The translations under genes and the position numbers were made by a program. A stretch of DNA of 64,000 bases, taken from NCBI RefSeq assembly GCF_035510375.1, contig NZ_DATKHG010000023.1, one strand, 5' to 3'. Below are positions 63,256 through 64,000 of the stretch, one piece after another. The notes under the pieces were generated by a model, which saw nothing but the letters and a program-made list of their open reading frames with translations, was not told the DNA's origin and searched no databases. Origin of the DNA: Paenibacillus sp. (GTDB taxonomy: Bacteria > Bacillota > Bacilli > Paenibacillales > Paenibacillaceae). Numbering within the stretch: the stretch's first letter is position 1; each line of letters opens with the position of its first letter.

Positions 63256-63954
63256 ATGAACCAACGCGCAGCCGCTATTATTGAGGATTGTCGGCTTACG
63301 GACAGTCAACGAACAACAATTCTTTCCGGCATTGCAGAAGGCAAGCGAGTATTTTCTGAAACGATGGAGGGCATGCCAAAAACTTTGACGAAAACTTACA
63401 CATCCAGATTTTTGTATGAGTTAGTCAATACTCATGTTGAAGAAGCGGTTTTGAAAAATCCGCATTTAAATTTGAGCGCCGAACATCGGAAAGCTGGCTT
63501 CTATCCATATGTCGTAGTTCGGGATACGGTGAGAAATATTGCCGCGCTTGTATTGCCGATTCCCAGCAACAAAGAGTTCGAGCCTTGTTTATTCAGGGGC
63601 GACTTTGCTATAACCAACATTGATCGACTGATGGCAATGGGGGTAACGGAAGAAGAATTGGACATAGATATCGATTATCAGCCGTCTTTGCCTTTCGGAA
63701 TAGAGCATCTTCCATTTGGCCTCATTGTAAGTTACGATCGGGAAAAGGATCTGGTTTACGAAGGAGCGCTTCAACCCAGTCAAGAGGAGTGGCTCTTTAA
63801 CGAGGATGTGACAGACAAGGCGGCTGTCAGCGGAGGAAATGTTGTTTCGTTTCCACGACAGGTCTACGATGATACAGACATCTCCATCGGGCTTTCGCAA
63901 ACGGCGTTGCAAGAAAGCGAGAGGGGTTTAGATACAAAGAATAATCTTGTTTAA
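63256..63954 (+). CDS. Hypothetical protein (232 aa), AT-richer than the ICE genes
   Basis: GGAGGTGG RBS 10 nt before ATG 63256. Coding-like sequence with no recognisable motif. Confidence 0.55.
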   Translation: MNQRAAAIIEDCRLTDSQRTTILSGIAEGKRVFSETMEGMPKTLTKTYTSRFLYELVNTHVEEAVLKNPHLNLSAEHRKAGFYPYVVVRDTVRNIAALVLPIPSNKEFEPCLFRGDFAITNIDRLMAMGVTEEELDIDIDYQPSLPFGIEHLPFGLIVSYDREKDLVYEGALQPSQEEWLFNEDVTDKAAVSGGNVVSFPRQVYDDTDISIGLSQTALQESERGLDTKNNLV

Positions 63955-64000
63955 GGAGCCTATGGCATGCTATGGATGAACGCGGCTTTAATCCAAAACG

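Overview
The window looks like it comes from a GC-rich, endospore-forming Firmicute. I infer a Paenibacillaceae-like organism from gene content (prkA-yhbH-spoVR, a YesN/sugar-ABC locus, copper-amine-oxidase N-domain proteins). No database search was possible.

**1-19.0 kb: ordinary chromosomal genes.**
- The 3' end of a YesN-like AraC response regulator, followed by a three-gene sugar ABC importer.
- A C4-dicarboxylate module: dctA-type carrier and DctB-like co-sensor on the minus strand, divergent from dctS-dctR and an ACT-domain malic enzyme.
- A membrane protein, then the prkA-yhbH-spoVR sporulation operon.
- This stretch is interrupted at 12.7-14.5 kb by an AT-rich islet. The islet holds a small secreted M10-like Zn-metalloprotease with no canonical start codon, translationally coupled to a lipoprotein.

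**19.1-25.0 kb: AT-richer, decayed mobile/cargo DNA.**
- Two small ORFs, a 3'-truncated TnpB, and an ISL3 transposase.
- An SPC/HEGST-type P-type ATPase that starts right at the IS end.
- An ABC exporter.

**25.3-63.0 kb: one almost gap-free plus-strand gene train that I read as a roughly 38-kb integrative conjugative element (ICE).**
- Conjugation genes: VirD4/TraD-like coupling ATPase, four tandem 12-bp repeats, a Replic_Relax protein, TcpC-like, TcpE-like, VirB4-like and VirB6/TcpH-like proteins, and an M23 wall hydrolase.
- Orphan C5-cytosine and N6-adenine methyltransferases.
- An 11-gene Tad/Cpa-like module: TadZ, CpaB, two degenerate MinD-like proteins, a CpaF-family ATPase, a fused TadB/C platform and four N-terminally anchored small proteins. 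It is followed by a copper-amine-oxidase-domain protein and a 1276-aa surface protein.
- A run of small ORFs and a tyrosine integrase at the right end.

The most interesting candidate is the Tad-like machine embedded in a Gram-positive Tcp/Tn916-type ICE. It has no recognisable Flp prepilin or prepilin peptidase.

I saw no rRNA, tRNA or CRISPR array. All family assignments come from motif recognition by eye, and gene starts are best guesses from RBS spacing.
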